Positions 26,484 through 38,137 of a DNA stretch of 64,000 nt are shown here, in pieces (positions within the stretch are counted from its first letter, which is position 1; the number at the start of each line of letters is the position of its first letter). Position numbers and translations under genes: made by a program. This stretch comes from Anaerovorax sp. (lineage in GTDB: Bacteria; Bacillota; Clostridia; Peptostreptococcales; Anaerovoracaceae): the NCBI GenBank assembly GCA_034927775.1, contig JAYFPL010000077.1:12906-76905 (forward strand). Direction: 5' to 3'. The notes under the pieces are model-generated. The model searched no databases. It was not told where the DNA came from and worked only from the letters and a program-made list of their open reading frames with translations.

Positions 26484-27671
26484 ATGCAAATACATCCGCG
26501 ACTCGTCGCAAAACTGTCTGCTTCAAAGCAGACTCTTTTTCCCGTTATTATATATTCGAAGAAAACTATTTATGAAATCCGCGATTATATTATCAATAAC
26601 TATGGTCCAATAAAATATGAGCTTCCCTTTATCAATGCGGTTTCTGTAGAGCTTCCTGCCGATAAAATTGATACCTTATCAAAAAATCAATCCGTTCGTC
26701 TTATTTCTGATGACCCCTTAGTTTCAAAAATAGGAGGAGCAAAATATAACTCGTTACTTAGTAATCCTAACATCCATTTTAAAACAGCTTACGATAATCA
26801 TCAATTACCAAAACATGAAGCCCTTTATGATAAAAAACGAGGTCAAAATATAGGTATTGCCATCATCGATACAGGAATTTCTCCACACTATGATCTTATT
26901 TATCCTCATAATCGCATAGTCGCTTTTAAAGATTTTATTGAACATCGCACCACGCCTTATGATGATGATGGTCATGGTACTCATGTTGCAGGTATTGCCG
27001 CTGGAAATGGCTTTGTATCACAAAAATTTGTCGGCACTGCTCCCTGTGCAGATCTTATTTCCATTAAAGCTTTAAATGGTGACGGAAATGGAACCACATC
27101 TGATATATTAGCTGCAATGCAATGGGTTATTAATAACCGGCGTTTATATGGTATTCGAGTTATTAATCTCTCCTTAGGTGTTTCCACAGATTCATCTTAT
27201 GAGGAAGATCCTTTGATTAAAGGTGCAAATGCCGCAGTCCGTCACGGTCTTACGGTAGTCGCTGCTGCCGGAAACAACGGTCCTGATCGTTGTACCATAA
27301 ATTCCCCGGCTACCAGTCCTTATGTTATTACTGTGGGTGCTGCTGATTTTGCATCTTCTCCTTCGGTTGCACCTTTTTCCAGCCGTGGTCCTACACCTGC
27401 CGGTGTAGTAAAACCAGATTTGCTTGCACCAGGTGTTGATATTGTCTCATTAGACGCTACCAATCCAAAAGGTTACGTGATGCAGTCCGGAACATCAATG
27501 GCAGCACCGGTGGTAAGTGGAGCTGCCGCATGCCTCTATGCTCTCTATCCAAATCTAACACCAATGGAAGTAAAACGTATCCTAATGCGTAATACATTGC
27601 CTTTGCGTCGTATTTCATCCAATGCACAAGGACGTGGTATCCTAAACTATGAGGTGTTCTTTGAACTTTAA
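26484..27671 (+). CDS. S8 family (subtilisin-like) serine peptidase with N-terminal inhibitor-I9-like propeptide and no signal peptide
   Basis: Catalytic triad motifs AIIDTGI, HGTHVAGI and SGTSMAAP. ATG 26484 lies 9 nt after GGAG. Confidence 0.85.
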   Translation: MQIHPRLVAKLSASKQTLFPVIIYSKKTIYEIRDYIINNYGPIKYELPFINAVSVELPADKIDTLSKNQSVRLISDDPLVSKIGGAKYNSLLSNPNIHFKTAYDNHQLPKHEALYDKKRGQNIGIAIIDTGISPHYDLIYPHNRIVAFKDFIEHRTTPYDDDGHGTHVAGIAAGNGFVSQKFVGTAPCADLISIKALNGDGNGTTSDILAAMQWVINNRRLYGIRVINLSLGVSTDSSYEEDPLIKGANAAVRHGLTVVAAAGNNGPDRCTINSPATSPYVITVGAADFASSPSVAPFSSRGPTPAGVVKPDLLAPGVDIVSLDATNPKGYVMQSGTSMAAPVVSGAAACLYALYPNLTPMEVKRILMRNTLPLRRISSNAQGRGILNYEVFFEL

Positions 27672-27736
27672 TAAGAAAATGGTTTTACTTGAAACTACAA
27701 ATTAACATAGGAAACAAGGTTTCCTATTAATATAGA

Positions 27737-27780
27737 AAAGCGGCAATAAACCAATCTTTGATTCTTGCCGCTTTTATTTT
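27737..27780. terminator. Bidirectional terminator between convergent genes
   Basis: AAAAGCGGCAA ... TTGCCGCTTTT stem plus T-run. Confidence 0.6.
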
Positions 27781-27781
27781 T

Positions 27782-29950
27782 CTATTTTATATAATTTAGA
27801 GGATTTTTCGGTGTTCCATTGATATGAACTTCAAAATGAACATGTGGCCCAGTACTTCTACCTGTATTCCCTACATTTGCAATGTGCTGGCCCTGATACA
27901 CTTTATCTCCCTTTTTTACGAATAATTTGCTGCAATGTGCATAATACGTTTCACGTCCACCACCATGATTGATAATAACCAAATATCCATATGATCCTTT
28001 ATATCCTGCAAACGTAACCGTTCCGCCATCAGCTGCATTAATTCTTGTTCCTGTCGAACAAGCTAAATCGATACCATAATGCGTTCTGCCCCATCGTCTT
28101 CCAAATTTTGATGTTAATCTAGCTCCTCTTACCGGATATCGATAAGAACCAGTTCCGATAAGCTTCGGAGTTGCTTTTGTTCCAACCAATACAACTTGAT
28201 TCACTGGTTTACTTAAAACCTCACTACTCAACACCGTTCGACTGACCTCTCTGCCGTTATGCCGAACAATTTGAGCAACAACTGCTTGTTGTCCACTGCT
28301 TCCCATTGATTTCACCGTTTGCTGACCTTTATATAAGGTGGTTGTATTTTCATAAGTAATTTCATATGGGATTGGTAAATTATATCCGGCTGTCTCTACC
28401 GTTTCTACCGTTAATACCGGGCAGTCCTGACTTAAGTACAGTTCTTGCCCAATTTTCAACTTATCCGGCTGTACCGTCGGATTAGATTCAACCAATTCAC
28501 TTTGCTTCATTTTATAAAAAGCAGCAATCTCTGAAAATGTTTCACCTGCTTGCACAACATGCACCTGTTTTTCAACCGCCCCTGTTAACATGTAATCAAG
28601 TGCTTCTGCCGAATTTTGTATTTTCCCCAATTTTGTATGTACCGGCTTTATTTCAACTTTCTGTGCAAAACCTACTTTGTCATATGTGACTCCGTCCATA
28701 GGCGGTGCAAAGTAATCTTTTACTTGCTGTAACGTTTGGCTAGCTGTTTTTTTATTTTGCAATATCGTCTTTTGCTGGCCTCCAACAAAAATACCATAAG
28801 CCGTTACCTTTATATCTTTCATATAGGTTAATGTATTAAGGATATCTTCTGTACTATCCAGCTTAAGCCCAAATCCCATAACTCTACGGAAACTGATGTC
28901 ATTTTCCTTATCGATTTCAATTTGCGCATCGTAAGAATCTGCCAATTTTGTACCAATAACATCAATGGTTTTATAAACCTCTTGTTGATCCTTAACAATT
29001 CCTAATACTTTTCCATTGTAACTATATTCATAAGCACTGATTTGTCCGATGAGCAAACAAACTAAAAGCACTCCGGTTACAATACCTGCAAAGCTCTTTA
29101 TAAGCAAAGCCTTATGGTGTTCTGCATAATCTTCAACGCGTTCCAGCCAATGGAAAAATTCATACATCCACATTTCCATTTTAATGGACCATTGATCCAC
29201 TCTATAATCTATACGATTAACCAATTTAGCAGCTTTGTCTGCTATTCTTACTTCTCTTTCAGAAAATAAATCATAAAACCGAGCGGATTGTATTTGTAAA
29301 TACTCTTTTCCGATAAAGCAATATTCTTTTAACAGTGCGATTCTCTTTGCCGTGAGTTTTTCATAAGACAATGATCCATCTTGGCGACTAGACGATTGTT
29401 TCTGAGGCTCTAAAATCTTAGAGATTGCTTTCTGCATCGATTTGAAAACCCGAATTGATGTTTTACCCACTCCCTTCATTTTTAAGAAGAAGGCATCAAT
29501 TGCAGCATCTAATCGCAAGCTCTCTGTTTCTGCTTTTTCTATTTTTTCCTCTAAACCTATTTTAAATATTTCTTCAATTTGTTTATCAAGTTCATCAAAA
29601 TTTTGGTCATCTGCTTTATCTAGAAAATCTGCACCATCTTCAACATTTGCTTTGGATTGTTTCTCTTTATTAACTTTATCTATTTCAATGTCTGTTACTT
29701 CTTTTTTTTCTAAAATTATAGCTGCAGGAATCGTTTCCTGCTCTTCTTTCATACCGTGGTCTTTGTTCTTATTTAGGTCTTCCACGAATCCTTTGTTTGT
29801 ATTTTTCTGTTTTGATTTTCTCTTTCTTTTATTGCTTTTAGAAGGATGTTTTTCTTGCTCAAAAAGTATCTTTTCTTGTTTTCTTGTTTCCTGTATTTTT
29901 TTTAATTGGTCTTCTACTTCGTCCCAATACTCATTACGATTTTCTGACAT
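27782..29950 (-). CDS. Membrane-anchored M23 metallopeptidase with LysM and G5-like domains
   Basis: Lys/Glu-rich cytoplasmic N-terminus and one TM helix. LysM (HVVQAGETFSEIAAFYKM...IGQELYL). M23 motifs HYGIDLA and GPHVHFEV. Start at ATG 29950 behind a GGAGGGA RBS. Confidence 0.85.
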   Translation of the reverse strand: MSENRNEYWDEVEDQLKKIQETRKQEKILFEQEKHPSKSNKRKRKSKQKNTNKGFVEDLNKNKDHGMKEEQETIPAAIILEKKEVTDIEIDKVNKEKQSKANVEDGADFLDKADDQNFDELDKQIEEIFKIGLEEKIEKAETESLRLDAAIDAFFLKMKGVGKTSIRVFKSMQKAISKILEPQKQSSSRQDGSLSYEKLTAKRIALLKEYCFIGKEYLQIQSARFYDLFSEREVRIADKAAKLVNRIDYRVDQWSIKMEMWMYEFFHWLERVEDYAEHHKALLIKSFAGIVTGVLLVCLLIGQISAYEYSYNGKVLGIVKDQQEVYKTIDVIGTKLADSYDAQIEIDKENDISFRRVMGFGLKLDSTEDILNTLTYMKDIKVTAYGIFVGGQQKTILQNKKTASQTLQQVKDYFAPPMDGVTYDKVGFAQKVEIKPVHTKLGKIQNSAEALDYMLTGAVEKQVHVVQAGETFSEIAAFYKMKQSELVESNPTVQPDKLKIGQELYLSQDCPVLTVETVETAGYNLPIPYEITYENTTTLYKGQQTVKSMGSSGQQAVVAQIVRHNGREVSRTVLSSEVLSKPVNQVVLVGTKATPKLIGTGSYRYPVRGARLTSKFGRRWGRTHYGIDLACSTGTRINAADGGTVTFAGYKGSYGYLVIINHGGGRETYYAHCSKLFVKKGDKVYQGQHIANVGNTGRSTGPHVHFEVHINGTPKNPLNYIK

Positions 29951-29970
29951 AGGTCCCTCCCTTCTACGTT

Positions 29971-31254
29971 TCACTGATTGCCCGATGCTTTTTTTAATTT
30001 TTCTGCAAAACAACTGCAACGTTCTCCTGTGTCTAATATACCGGTATCCTTACAAAGCGAACAGGTATATTTCAGATCAATGTAATCAATCGTATAATTA
30101 TGTTCTGTTAATAGAAAGGCTTTCTCTCCATTTAAATGAGTAACTTTATGTTTTAATGCATTCATTTGAATCTTAGCATCATCTCTTCCTGAAAGCATAA
30201 CCTTAGAAATTTCCATTCCAATCTTTCGAATCTCTTCTTCAATTTCCTTAATTCTCGGTATCTTTTTATATACCTCTTGCCGCTTTTTATGAGCAATTGC
30301 CTCATTTTTGGCGCGGTCCTCATCATAAGATCGCATAACAATATTAATTGGATTGCTAGGATTGTTCGGACTGATGGCTTGTGTTTGGCTACCCTTTGTT
30401 GCGTCACTTCCTCCGGCATTCCACGATTTTAAAATACTGTTTATGTAATTAATGTTTGGATTTGAAATACCGGTGGTCTTTTTACAAGCCTCAAGTACCT
30501 TGTCAATATCAAAATGCATTTGATCAAACCATGTATCCATAATACGCTTTTCTTCTTCTGTAGCATTTCGCAAAAAACCTAATGCTTTTAACACTCGTTT
30601 ATATAGGTAATGTCGATTATCATTTTCCGCCAAATATTTTTCAACGTGACCTATGGTTGTTAAACCCTTGCCAGCCCATTCTTTTACAACCGCGCCAACA
30701 TATTTACACTTATTATTCTTTCTATGACTGGTGCAATAAGAATAAGCATACACGGCAAGCTCAGGTGTAATATTATAATCACGAATCCAAGCCAGAATCT
30801 CGGCAGGCTCTTTCCCCTCAAAAAGTCTGCCGATAATCCGTTCAATTTCACTATACATATTTCGAATGGTATCATCATCCATAAGATTCTTTAAATGATC
30901 CGGTATCTTTTCTGCTTTCTTCTGTTTGTTTTTCTTTCCATATGCCAATTCTCTTAAATTTAGAAATTCGACTTGATAATGGAACTTATCCGCAGGATCT
31001 TTATAATGTTTGCGAATGATACCTTGATTCTCCCAATAACTCCAAGCCTTTAAAACATCCTCATCTGCAATGGAAAGCTGCTTCGCAATAATGCCATTTT
31101 CAAGAGGTACATTAATATCCGCATACATCAATGCAAAAAGATATACTTTTACATAATCTCCGGGCGCTTGTGCCATATATTCATTAATAAACATATTTTC
31201 CACACGGGTATCGTGCAAATAATAATCCTTGATGATTTGTCGCTTAAAGTTCAT
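29971..31254 (-). CDS. DnaD-domain replication initiation / membrane attachment family protein
   Basis: DnaB_2/DnaD-type repeats (YVKVYLFALMYAD..., ILAWIRDYNITPELAVYAYSYC..., VGAVVKEWAGKGLTT, INSILKSWNAGG). C-terminal CxxC...CxC knuckle. Confidence 0.65.
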   Translation of the reverse strand: MNFKRQIIKDYYLHDTRVENMFINEYMAQAPGDYVKVYLFALMYADINVPLENGIIAKQLSIADEDVLKAWSYWENQGIIRKHYKDPADKFHYQVEFLNLRELAYGKKNKQKKAEKIPDHLKNLMDDDTIRNMYSEIERIIGRLFEGKEPAEILAWIRDYNITPELAVYAYSYCTSHRKNNKCKYVGAVVKEWAGKGLTTIGHVEKYLAENDNRHYLYKRVLKALGFLRNATEEEKRIMDTWFDQMHFDIDKVLEACKKTTGISNPNINYINSILKSWNAGGSDATKGSQTQAISPNNPSNPINIVMRSYDEDRAKNEAIAHKKRQEVYKKIPRIKEIEEEIRKIGMEISKVMLSGRDDAKIQMNALKHKVTHLNGEKAFLLTEHNYTIDYIDLKYTCSLCKDTGILDTGERCSCFAEKLKKASGNQ

Positions 31255-31296
31255 ATTTTATTTCAATCCTATCTATCTTTTTCTGTTTTACTATCT

Positions 31297-32604
<1,308 letters not shown>

Positions 32605-32621
32605 CTATGTTTAATATCTAT

Positions 32622-32825
32622 CTAGAGTTTATCTAAATAATCATTCAAATCTGCCATGAGTGCTTTCAAATCCACACCATGACCCTCAGCTGCTTCCTGA
32701 AGATTTTCTGTTGCAGCACCTGGGCATCCAAGACAGTTCAGACCATTTCGTAAAAAAATTTCGGTAACGTCGGGACCCATATCCATAATTTCGCTCACCA
32801 GCATTGATTCGTTGATTTTGCTCAT
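32622..32825 (-). CDS. DUF1858 / hybrid-cluster-protein-associated redox disulfide domain protein
   Basis: 67 aa with GLNCLGCPGA, typical of the family. Confidence 0.7.
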   Translation of the reverse strand: MSKINESMLVSEIMDMGPDVTEIFLRNGLNCLGCPGAATENLQEAAEGHGVDLKALMADLNDYLDKL

Positions 32826-32867
32826 AATAACCTCCCTAACAAGAAAACGTTTGTATCATCGAATTTT

Positions 32868-34202
32868 TTATTCGGAAATGTGGCTTTTATCTACAAATCT
32901 TGTATATTTACCTAACCAAGTCAGTTCTACACTCCCCGTAGGTCCGCTTCTCTGCTTGGCAATGTTTACTTCACAAATATTTGGTTTTTCTGTTGTATCT
33001 GGATTATAATATTCATCTCGGTACAAAAACATTACAATATCTGCATCTTGCTCAATAGAACCGGACTCCCTCAAGTCCGATAAAATCGGTCGATGATCGG
33101 TTCTTTGCTCTGGGGCACGAGACAACTGGGAAAGTACAATTACAGGACAATCCATCTCACGTGCAAGAAGTTTTAAGAAACGAGAAATTACGGAAACCTC
33201 TTGTTGACGACTTTCGGAACGGCCCTCATAACTCATAAGCTGTAAATAGTCAATGACAACCAAATCTAGACCTTTTTCCGCTTTTAATCTTCGGCATTTA
33301 TTTTTCATTTCCATCACGGTAATACCGGGGGTATCATCTATAAAAACCTCAGTCTGAGATAATTGATCCAAAGCCAAGTGAATGTTATCCCAATCTTGCG
33401 GCTCTAAATTTCCTGTTTTCAGTTTCTGCATTTCGACTCTGGATTCCATACTTAAAAGTCGTTGTCCCAATTGATCCTTTGACATTTCAAGGCTAAAAAT
33501 CAGTACTGTCGCTTTTGCTTTAATTGCTGCTTGTTGAGCAATATTTAATGCAAAAGCAGTTTTTCCCATTGCAGGTCTTGCAGCCAGCATAATTAAATCA
33601 GAGCGCTGCAAACCGGAGGTACGCTCATCTAAATCAATAAATCCTGTCGTCAACCCAGTAAGATTACCCTCCATTTTAGACATTTCATCAATTCTGGCAA
33701 TGTTCGACCAAAGAACATCCTTTAATGGTTCAAAATCTTTCTTTTGTCTAGTTTGAGCAATTTCAAAAATACTACGCTCTGCATAATCTAAAACTTCTTC
33801 CGGTTGCATCTTTTCTTGATATGCTTTTTCAATAATATCTGAAGCCGAAGAAATCAAACGACGCAGCACTGCTTTTTCTGCAACAATTTTTCCATACTGT
33901 GCTGCGTTTGACGTCGTAGGAACTACAGTGGAAAGTAAAGCAATGTACGCTCTGCCTCCGACCATTTCCAAACTTTTTCTCTTTTTCAACTCTTCGGAAA
34001 CCGTTAACGTATCCACTGGTTCATTTTTGCGGTAAAGCTCAACGACGGCATTATAAATTTCTTTATGCATTGCATTATAGAAATCATCAGCCTTTAAAAA
34101 CTCCAGGACTTCAAATAAAGCATCCTTATCTAAGAGTATGGACCCTAATACCGATTTTTCTGCATCATCATTATGCGGCGGAATGCGCTCCATCTGGTTC
34201 AT
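32868..34202 (-). CDS. dnaB: Replicative DNA helicase
   Basis: PPHNDDAEKSVLGSIL, ARPAMGKTAFALN, IDYLQLM and QLSRAPEQR motifs. Confidence 0.95.
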   Translation of the reverse strand: MNQMERIPPHNDDAEKSVLGSILLDKDALFEVLEFLKADDFYNAMHKEIYNAVVELYRKNEPVDTLTVSEELKKRKSLEMVGGRAYIALLSTVVPTTSNAAQYGKIVAEKAVLRRLISSASDIIEKAYQEKMQPEEVLDYAERSIFEIAQTRQKKDFEPLKDVLWSNIARIDEMSKMEGNLTGLTTGFIDLDERTSGLQRSDLIMLAARPAMGKTAFALNIAQQAAIKAKATVLIFSLEMSKDQLGQRLLSMESRVEMQKLKTGNLEPQDWDNIHLALDQLSQTEVFIDDTPGITVMEMKNKCRRLKAEKGLDLVVIDYLQLMSYEGRSESRQQEVSVISRFLKLLAREMDCPVIVLSQLSRAPEQRTDHRPILSDLRESGSIEQDADIVMFLYRDEYYNPDTTEKPNICEVNIAKQRSGPTGSVELTWLGKYTRFVDKSHISE

Positions 34203-34212
34203 ATGTAATCCT

Positions 34213-34653
34213 CTACATAACCTTTACTTTACAATTTGCTGTAACATCCGTATAAAGCTTTATTTCCACACTAAATTCACCAATATGTTTAATTGGTGCT
34301 TTTAATACAAATTTCCGTTTGTCTATTTCAATGTTTTCCTGTTCCTTTAAGGCATTTGCAATGTCTTGATTTGTTATGGAACCAAACAATCTTCCACCTT
34401 CCCCTGATTTTGTTTTTATATTTAAAGTAATGGATTCAATTTTCTTTGCAATTTCTTGTGCAGCTTCCATCTCTTCTTTTCGTTTTGCCTCATTTAACGC
34501 AGCTTGTGCTTCCAATTCCTTTAAATTTGCAGGAGTCGCTTCCTTTGCCATTCCTTTTGGTAAAAGCAAATTTCTTGCATAACCATCACTTACCTTAGCA
34601 ACGGTACCAGCTTTTCCAATTCCTTTTACATCCTTCAATAATATTACTTGCAT
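34213..34653 (-). CDS. rplI: 50S ribosomal protein L9
   Basis: [34 protein letters not shown]. Confidence 0.95.
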   Translation of the reverse strand: MQVILLKDVKGIGKAGTVAKVSDGYARNLLLPKGMAKEATPANLKELEAQAALNEAKRKEEMEAAQEIAKKIESITLNIKTKSGEGGRLFGSITNQDIANALKEQENIEIDKRKFVLKAPIKHIGEFSVEIKLYTDVTANCKVKVM

Positions 34654-34671
34654 GATGTGCCTCCTTTATTT

Positions 34672-36660
34672 TCACTCTATATTTGCTTCCGATATAAGCT
34701 GTTTTAGTTTCTCAATTGCTTCTTTTGGAGTCATTTCCAACTGTGCTCCAGCTGTAGTCAAATGACCACCTCCACCTATTTTTTCTAATATGGTCTGCAC
34801 GTTAATTTCTCCTAAAGAACGTCCGCTGACTGCAGTATATCCCTCATTGGTCGGTCCTGCAGCAAAACTTGCGCGAATACCATTAATATCCAAGAGTTGA
34901 TCAGCTGCCTGCGATGCTAAAATTTGCATATTTGATGCAGGTTCCTCTGTATATGTCAAAGCAATGCCGTTATCCAAAACCTGTGCATCGGAAATCAATG
35001 CAGATTTTCGTTTGAAAAATTGTAAATCCGTTTTGAAAAATTGTCTTACACTTGCAGTATCTGCACCTGATCTTCGCAGCCAAGAAGCTGCTTCGAAGGT
35101 ACGAACCCCCGTCTTAACAGAAAAGCTTTTTGTATCAACAGTTATTCCTGCCAACAAAGCTTCTGCTTCCAATTTATCAACTTCTTTTTTATCTCCAATA
35201 TATTGCAATATTTCCGTAATCAGTTCAGAAGTAGAGGATGCATAAGATTCCATATAAGTTAACGTATGATTTTCAATACTTTCTTCCGCCTTCCTATGAT
35301 GGTCAATGACAACAATTTTATCCGTCTTGTATAATAATTCGGAACACTCTACTAAGCTTGGTTTGTGTGTATCTAATACAATTAACAAGGTGTCTTTTTC
35401 CATCAACCCTAATACAGTTTCGCTGTTTTCAAATCGGTAATTTCCAGATTCTTTCGCTCTATTATAAATATTTTCTAAAGACTCATGATAATCATTGATA
35501 ACTATGATTGCCTCTTTATTTCGATTTTTTGCAATACGAAAAATACCAAGAGCCGCGCCAAAACAATCCATATCCGGCTTTTTATGTCCCATGATAACAA
35601 CATTTGGAGATTGATCAATCAACTGTCGTAATGCATGTGCCATAATTTTTGATTTTCCTTTATTGCGTTTTTCTACAGCCTGCAAACGTCCACCATAGTA
35701 TTCTACTTTGCTCATCTTTTTTACAACAGCTTGATCTCCGCCCCGTCCTAAAGCTAAATCCAAAGCTGCGGCTGCATATTCATCCAACTGTTGGGGTGTT
35801 TTTGCACCAACGCCAATCCCCATGCTTAAAGATGCCGGAAAATCTGCATCTGTTTCAATTTCTCTCACTTCGTCTAAGATAGAAAATTTATTTACTTCTA
35901 ATTTTTCAAAATGTTTATATTCAAACGCGATATGATATTGTCCTGCTCGATACCGTGTCACCGAAGCGTTGATTTTTGCAGCCCATTGCCGTATCGTTTT
36001 TTCAATCTGTGCTGCAATCACGGCCTTTCTTTCATCTGGTGAACTTGCAATTAAATCATCGTAATTATCTACATTTACATAAGCTGTACAGAGCTTCTCA
36101 TCCTTATACAAATTCTTTAATGTTTCTAAATTTGTTATATCCAACCAGTAAAGCATTGTCGTATTATTTTCTTCGTGTTGTTCGCCTTCCTTGCTTCTCA
36201 TACTGGATGCCATGACGCGATAGGTTTTCCCTCCATGTGAAACCAGCATATATTTATCTTCGTCTTCATTATTTAAAAATTCCGTATGTTTTATATTTGT
36301 AATCTGATGAATGTTGGTATGGAACATTTCTACATCTTCATAAATCTCAGAAAATTTTTTATTAATCCATAAAATTTCACCTGCATAGTCAATCATGCAA
36401 AGAGGCAATGGATTTTTTGAAATGAAGTGACGCGTTGTCTCTTCCATATCATCTGTGATTGCTTTTGCATAATCCACAAGCAATTCTCTCTTACTGACAG
36501 ACAATCTTTGATAATACCAAAACAAAACAAATACAATAAGAAACGCAAAAATCCCTACTGCAATATTAAAATAAAACAGTACGGCTGCAAACAAAATTAA
36601 TATGATGGTATTTACTTTTAAATACGGTTGAATCAAACTTTTTAAAATTTTAATACCCAT
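34672..36660 (-). CDS. gdpP: GdpP-like DHH/DHHA1 phosphoesterase (2 TM, PAS-like, degenerate GGDEF, DHH)
   Basis: Domain order and motifs MGHKKPDMDCFGAA, VIDHHR and GGGGHLTTAG. Conserved gdpP-rplI-dnaB synteny. Confidence 0.8.
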   Translation of the reverse strand: MGIKILKSLIQPYLKVNTIILILFAAVLFYFNIAVGIFAFLIVFVLFWYYQRLSVSKRELLVDYAKAITDDMEETTRHFISKNPLPLCMIDYAGEILWINKKFSEIYEDVEMFHTNIHQITNIKHTEFLNNEDEDKYMLVSHGGKTYRVMASSMRSKEGEQHEENNTTMLYWLDITNLETLKNLYKDEKLCTAYVNVDNYDDLIASSPDERKAVIAAQIEKTIRQWAAKINASVTRYRAGQYHIAFEYKHFEKLEVNKFSILDEVREIETDADFPASLSMGIGVGAKTPQQLDEYAAAALDLALGRGGDQAVVKKMSKVEYYGGRLQAVEKRNKGKSKIMAHALRQLIDQSPNVVIMGHKKPDMDCFGAALGIFRIAKNRNKEAIIVINDYHESLENIYNRAKESGNYRFENSETVLGLMEKDTLLIVLDTHKPSLVECSELLYKTDKIVVIDHHRKAEESIENHTLTYMESYASSTSELITEILQYIGDKKEVDKLEAEALLAGITVDTKSFSVKTGVRTFEAASWLRRSGADTASVRQFFKTDLQFFKRKSALISDAQVLDNGIALTYTEEPASNMQILASQAADQLLDINGIRASFAAGPTNEGYTAVSGRSLGEINVQTILEKIGGGGHLTTAGAQLEMTPKEAIEKLKQLISEANIE

Positions 36661-36699
36661 TTTTTTTCCCTTAACATCTCAATGTTTCAATCGTCTATC

Positions 36700-36708
36700 A
36701 TTATACCA
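36700..36708 (-). promoter_or_regulatory. Extended -10 element (TGGTATAAT) upstream of gdpP
   Basis: Minus strand TATGGTATAATG about 40 nt upstream of the gdpP start. The -35 is poor. Confidence 0.35.
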
Positions 36709-36951
36709 TAAAACCATTCTTAATTCGCACTCTTTTTTTGCTTGTCAAAATTGGAAACTTCCTACTTTCAAGTATTTTGTAGATGAATGTTTTCTAAGCG
36801 GCTATAAGCCACTAAATATAGCTATTTAAAAAAATTATTTTATTTTTTATCCTATTTTATACAATAGAAAAGAAGTTGAATAAAAAAACTGTAAACAATT
36901 CATATTACGTTGTCTACAGTAAAAAAGTGGATATGATGTTCCACTAATATT

Positions 36952-36976
36952 AAAAGAGGCGAAAATCGCCTCTTTT
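36952..36976 (-). terminator. Terminator after rpsR
   Basis: AAAAGAGGCG AAAA TCGCCTCTTTT. Confidence 0.8.
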
Positions 36977-36981
36977 CTATT

Positions 36982-37212
36982 TTATTCTGCTGTGTATGGC
37001 AATAAAGCAACAATTCTTGCTCTTTTGATTGCCTTTGTTACTTCTCTTTGGTGTACGGCACATGTACCAGTGATTCTCTTAGGAAGAATCTTACCTCTAT
37101 CAGTAACATATTTTTTTAGCTTATCCACATCTTTATAGTCAATTGTTTCTGTTTTATCTGCACAGAACTGGCATACTTTCTTTCTTCTTACGCCACGTCT
37201 TTTGTCCATCAT
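36982..37212 (-). CDS. rpsR: 30S ribosomal protein S18
   Basis: [10 protein letters not shown]...[33 protein letters not shown]. Confidence 0.95.
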   Translation of the reverse strand: MMDKRRGVRRKKVCQFCADKTETIDYKDVDKLKKYVTDRGKILPKRITGTCAVHQREVTKAIKRARIVALLPYTAE

Positions 37213-37262
37213 ACTCTTTCTCTCTCCTTTCTTGGAAACTCTAATCTACGAAAAGTAAAGAT

Positions 37263-37691
37263 TTAAAATGGAATATCGTCATCGTCGTCAAGTGCCTGAA
37301 AACCTTCCGGAACACCAAACCCACCAGCTGGAGTTTCACGCTCGAAACCGGTTCCACCTGCCGAACCACTCTTATCGCCCCATTCTAAAAATTCGACTCT
37401 ATCAGCAACAACATCGGTAGTATACCTGGTTTCGCCAGACTGGGTTTTATAACTACCAGTTTGCAGTCTTCCCTGAACGCCTACCAAACGACCCTTTTTT
37501 AAAAATCTCTCGCAATTTTCCGCTTGTTTGCCAAAAACCGTAATACGAGGAAAATCAGTTTTCTTTTCTCCTCCGGCTCTTACTGGTCGGTCAATTGCAA
37601 TCGTAAAGGTCGCAACAGCGTTCTGACTCTCCGGGATATAACGAATCTCGGGATCTCTTGTCAATCTGCCGATTAAAACTACTGAATTCAT
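37263..37691 (-). CDS. ssb: Single-stranded DNA-binding protein
   Basis: MNSVVLIGRLTRDPEIRY... and the acidic tail DDDDDIPF. Confidence 0.95.
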   Translation of the reverse strand: MNSVVLIGRLTRDPEIRYIPESQNAVATFTIAIDRPVRAGGEKKTDFPRITVFGKQAENCERFLKKGRLVGVQGRLQTGSYKTQSGETRYTTDVVADRVEFLEWGDKSGSAGGTGFERETPAGGFGVPEGFQALDDDDDIPF

Positions 37692-37706
37692 CTTTGTCAC
37701 CAACCT

Positions 37707-37994
37707 TTATTTTTCGTCTTTATTGATAATGATATGTCTGATTACATTATCGGAAATTCTAAGTCTTCTATCAAGTTCTGTTGGAAGCTCAGTGCTGCCT
37801 GTGAATTCGATTACAACATAGTATCCGTCATTTTTCTTATTGATCGGATAAGCAAGTTTTCTCATTCCCCAAACATCTACTTTTCCAACTTCACCGTCTG
37901 CCGCAATGATTCCTTTTACCGTTTCAATGCTAGCTTCTTTTTTATCGTCTTCCAAGATAGAATCGATGATGAACATAACTTCATAATTACTCAT
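37707..37994 (-). CDS. rpsF: 30S ribosomal protein S6
   Basis: MSNYEVMFII...WGMRKLAYPI. ATG 37994 behind a GGGAGGTG RBS. Confidence 0.95.
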   Translation of the reverse strand: MSNYEVMFIIDSILEDDKKEASIETVKGIIAADGEVGKVDVWGMRKLAYPINKKNDGYYVVIEFTGSTELPTELDRRLRISDNVIRHIIINKDEK

Positions 37995-38137
37995 TCTTTT
38001 CACCTCCCTATGGACTAAATGGCTCCAACCTTATGTCGGAGCAGAGAGCATATTTTTGTCATCCATCGCATGTACAAAAATTAATGCCTATTAAGTATAT
38101 CATAAATAATAAAAAATGCAAGTTTTTTTAAAAACCC

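Noticed and set aside
29442-30143. 233-aa plus-strand ORF antisense to the 5' part of the M23 peptidase gene
   Set aside because: It lies opposite a Lys/Glu-rich low-complexity coding region. That automatically yields an open Ser/Phe/Leu-rich antisense frame. It has no RBS and its composition is not protein-like.
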